Assembly (NCBI RefSeq): GCF_030684315.1
Contig: NC_081386.1
Coordinates: forward strand, 17,803,914 to 17,867,913
Reading direction: 5' to 3'
Source of the DNA: Stegostoma tigrinum
Lineage: Eukaryota
Length of the DNA: 64,000 nt
In this document: positions 63,777 through 64,000 of the stretch, piece by piece
Position numbering within the stretch: position 1 is the first letter of the stretch
How the letters are laid out: each line of letters begins with the position of its first letter
Notes under the pieces: generated by a model
Database searches by the model: none
The model's input: the letters and a program-made list of their open reading frames with translations, nothing else
What the model was told of the DNA's origin: nothing
Program-made: the position numbers and the translations under genes

Positions 63777-64000
63777 TGGGTAGATCAGGCAAGATCTTAT
63801 TGGATGGCAAAATAGGCTGAAGGGCCAAATGGCTTATTAGTGCTCCTAATTTGTATTTTTTGGGTATGCCATTGTTTGCACCATGGCCAAAGACACATGA
63901 TTATTAATTCTCAACACAAATACAAGGTGCAACATAATTTAACATGCATCTTGCATATTCAGTTGTCTCCAATATCTTTAGGTTCAAGATTTTTTAAAAA

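Overview
Vertebrate genomic DNA. The repeat families (HE1/V-SINE-like SINEs, CR1 LINEs, Penelope-like tails) point to a cartilaginous fish, probably a shark; this is an inference. From about 16.4 kb to the window end, the minus strand carries 23 coding exons of CEP152 (Asterless homologue). They join phase-consistently into 5052 nt (1683 aa plus stop) ending ...[12 protein letters not shown]. The 5'-most exons lie beyond the window. One intron needs a GC donor, and one symmetric 192-nt exon seems to have no counterpart in human CEP152 as I recall it. Positions 1-16 kb and the introns are dense in mobile elements: nested CR1 LINEs, a young Penelope-like element (RT plus GIY-YIG), older Penelope families, SINEs, a Rex1/Babar fragment, an old Gypsy RNase H relic and candidate solo LTRs. 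The most notable signal is a set of short Penelope-tail insertions and fold-backs carrying minimal hammerhead-ribozyme cores. One TSD-flanked 98-bp copy begins exactly at the predicted GUC cleavage site, and one palindrome has arms that share private mutations. Repeat boundaries were read by eye and are approximate. No database searches were run.
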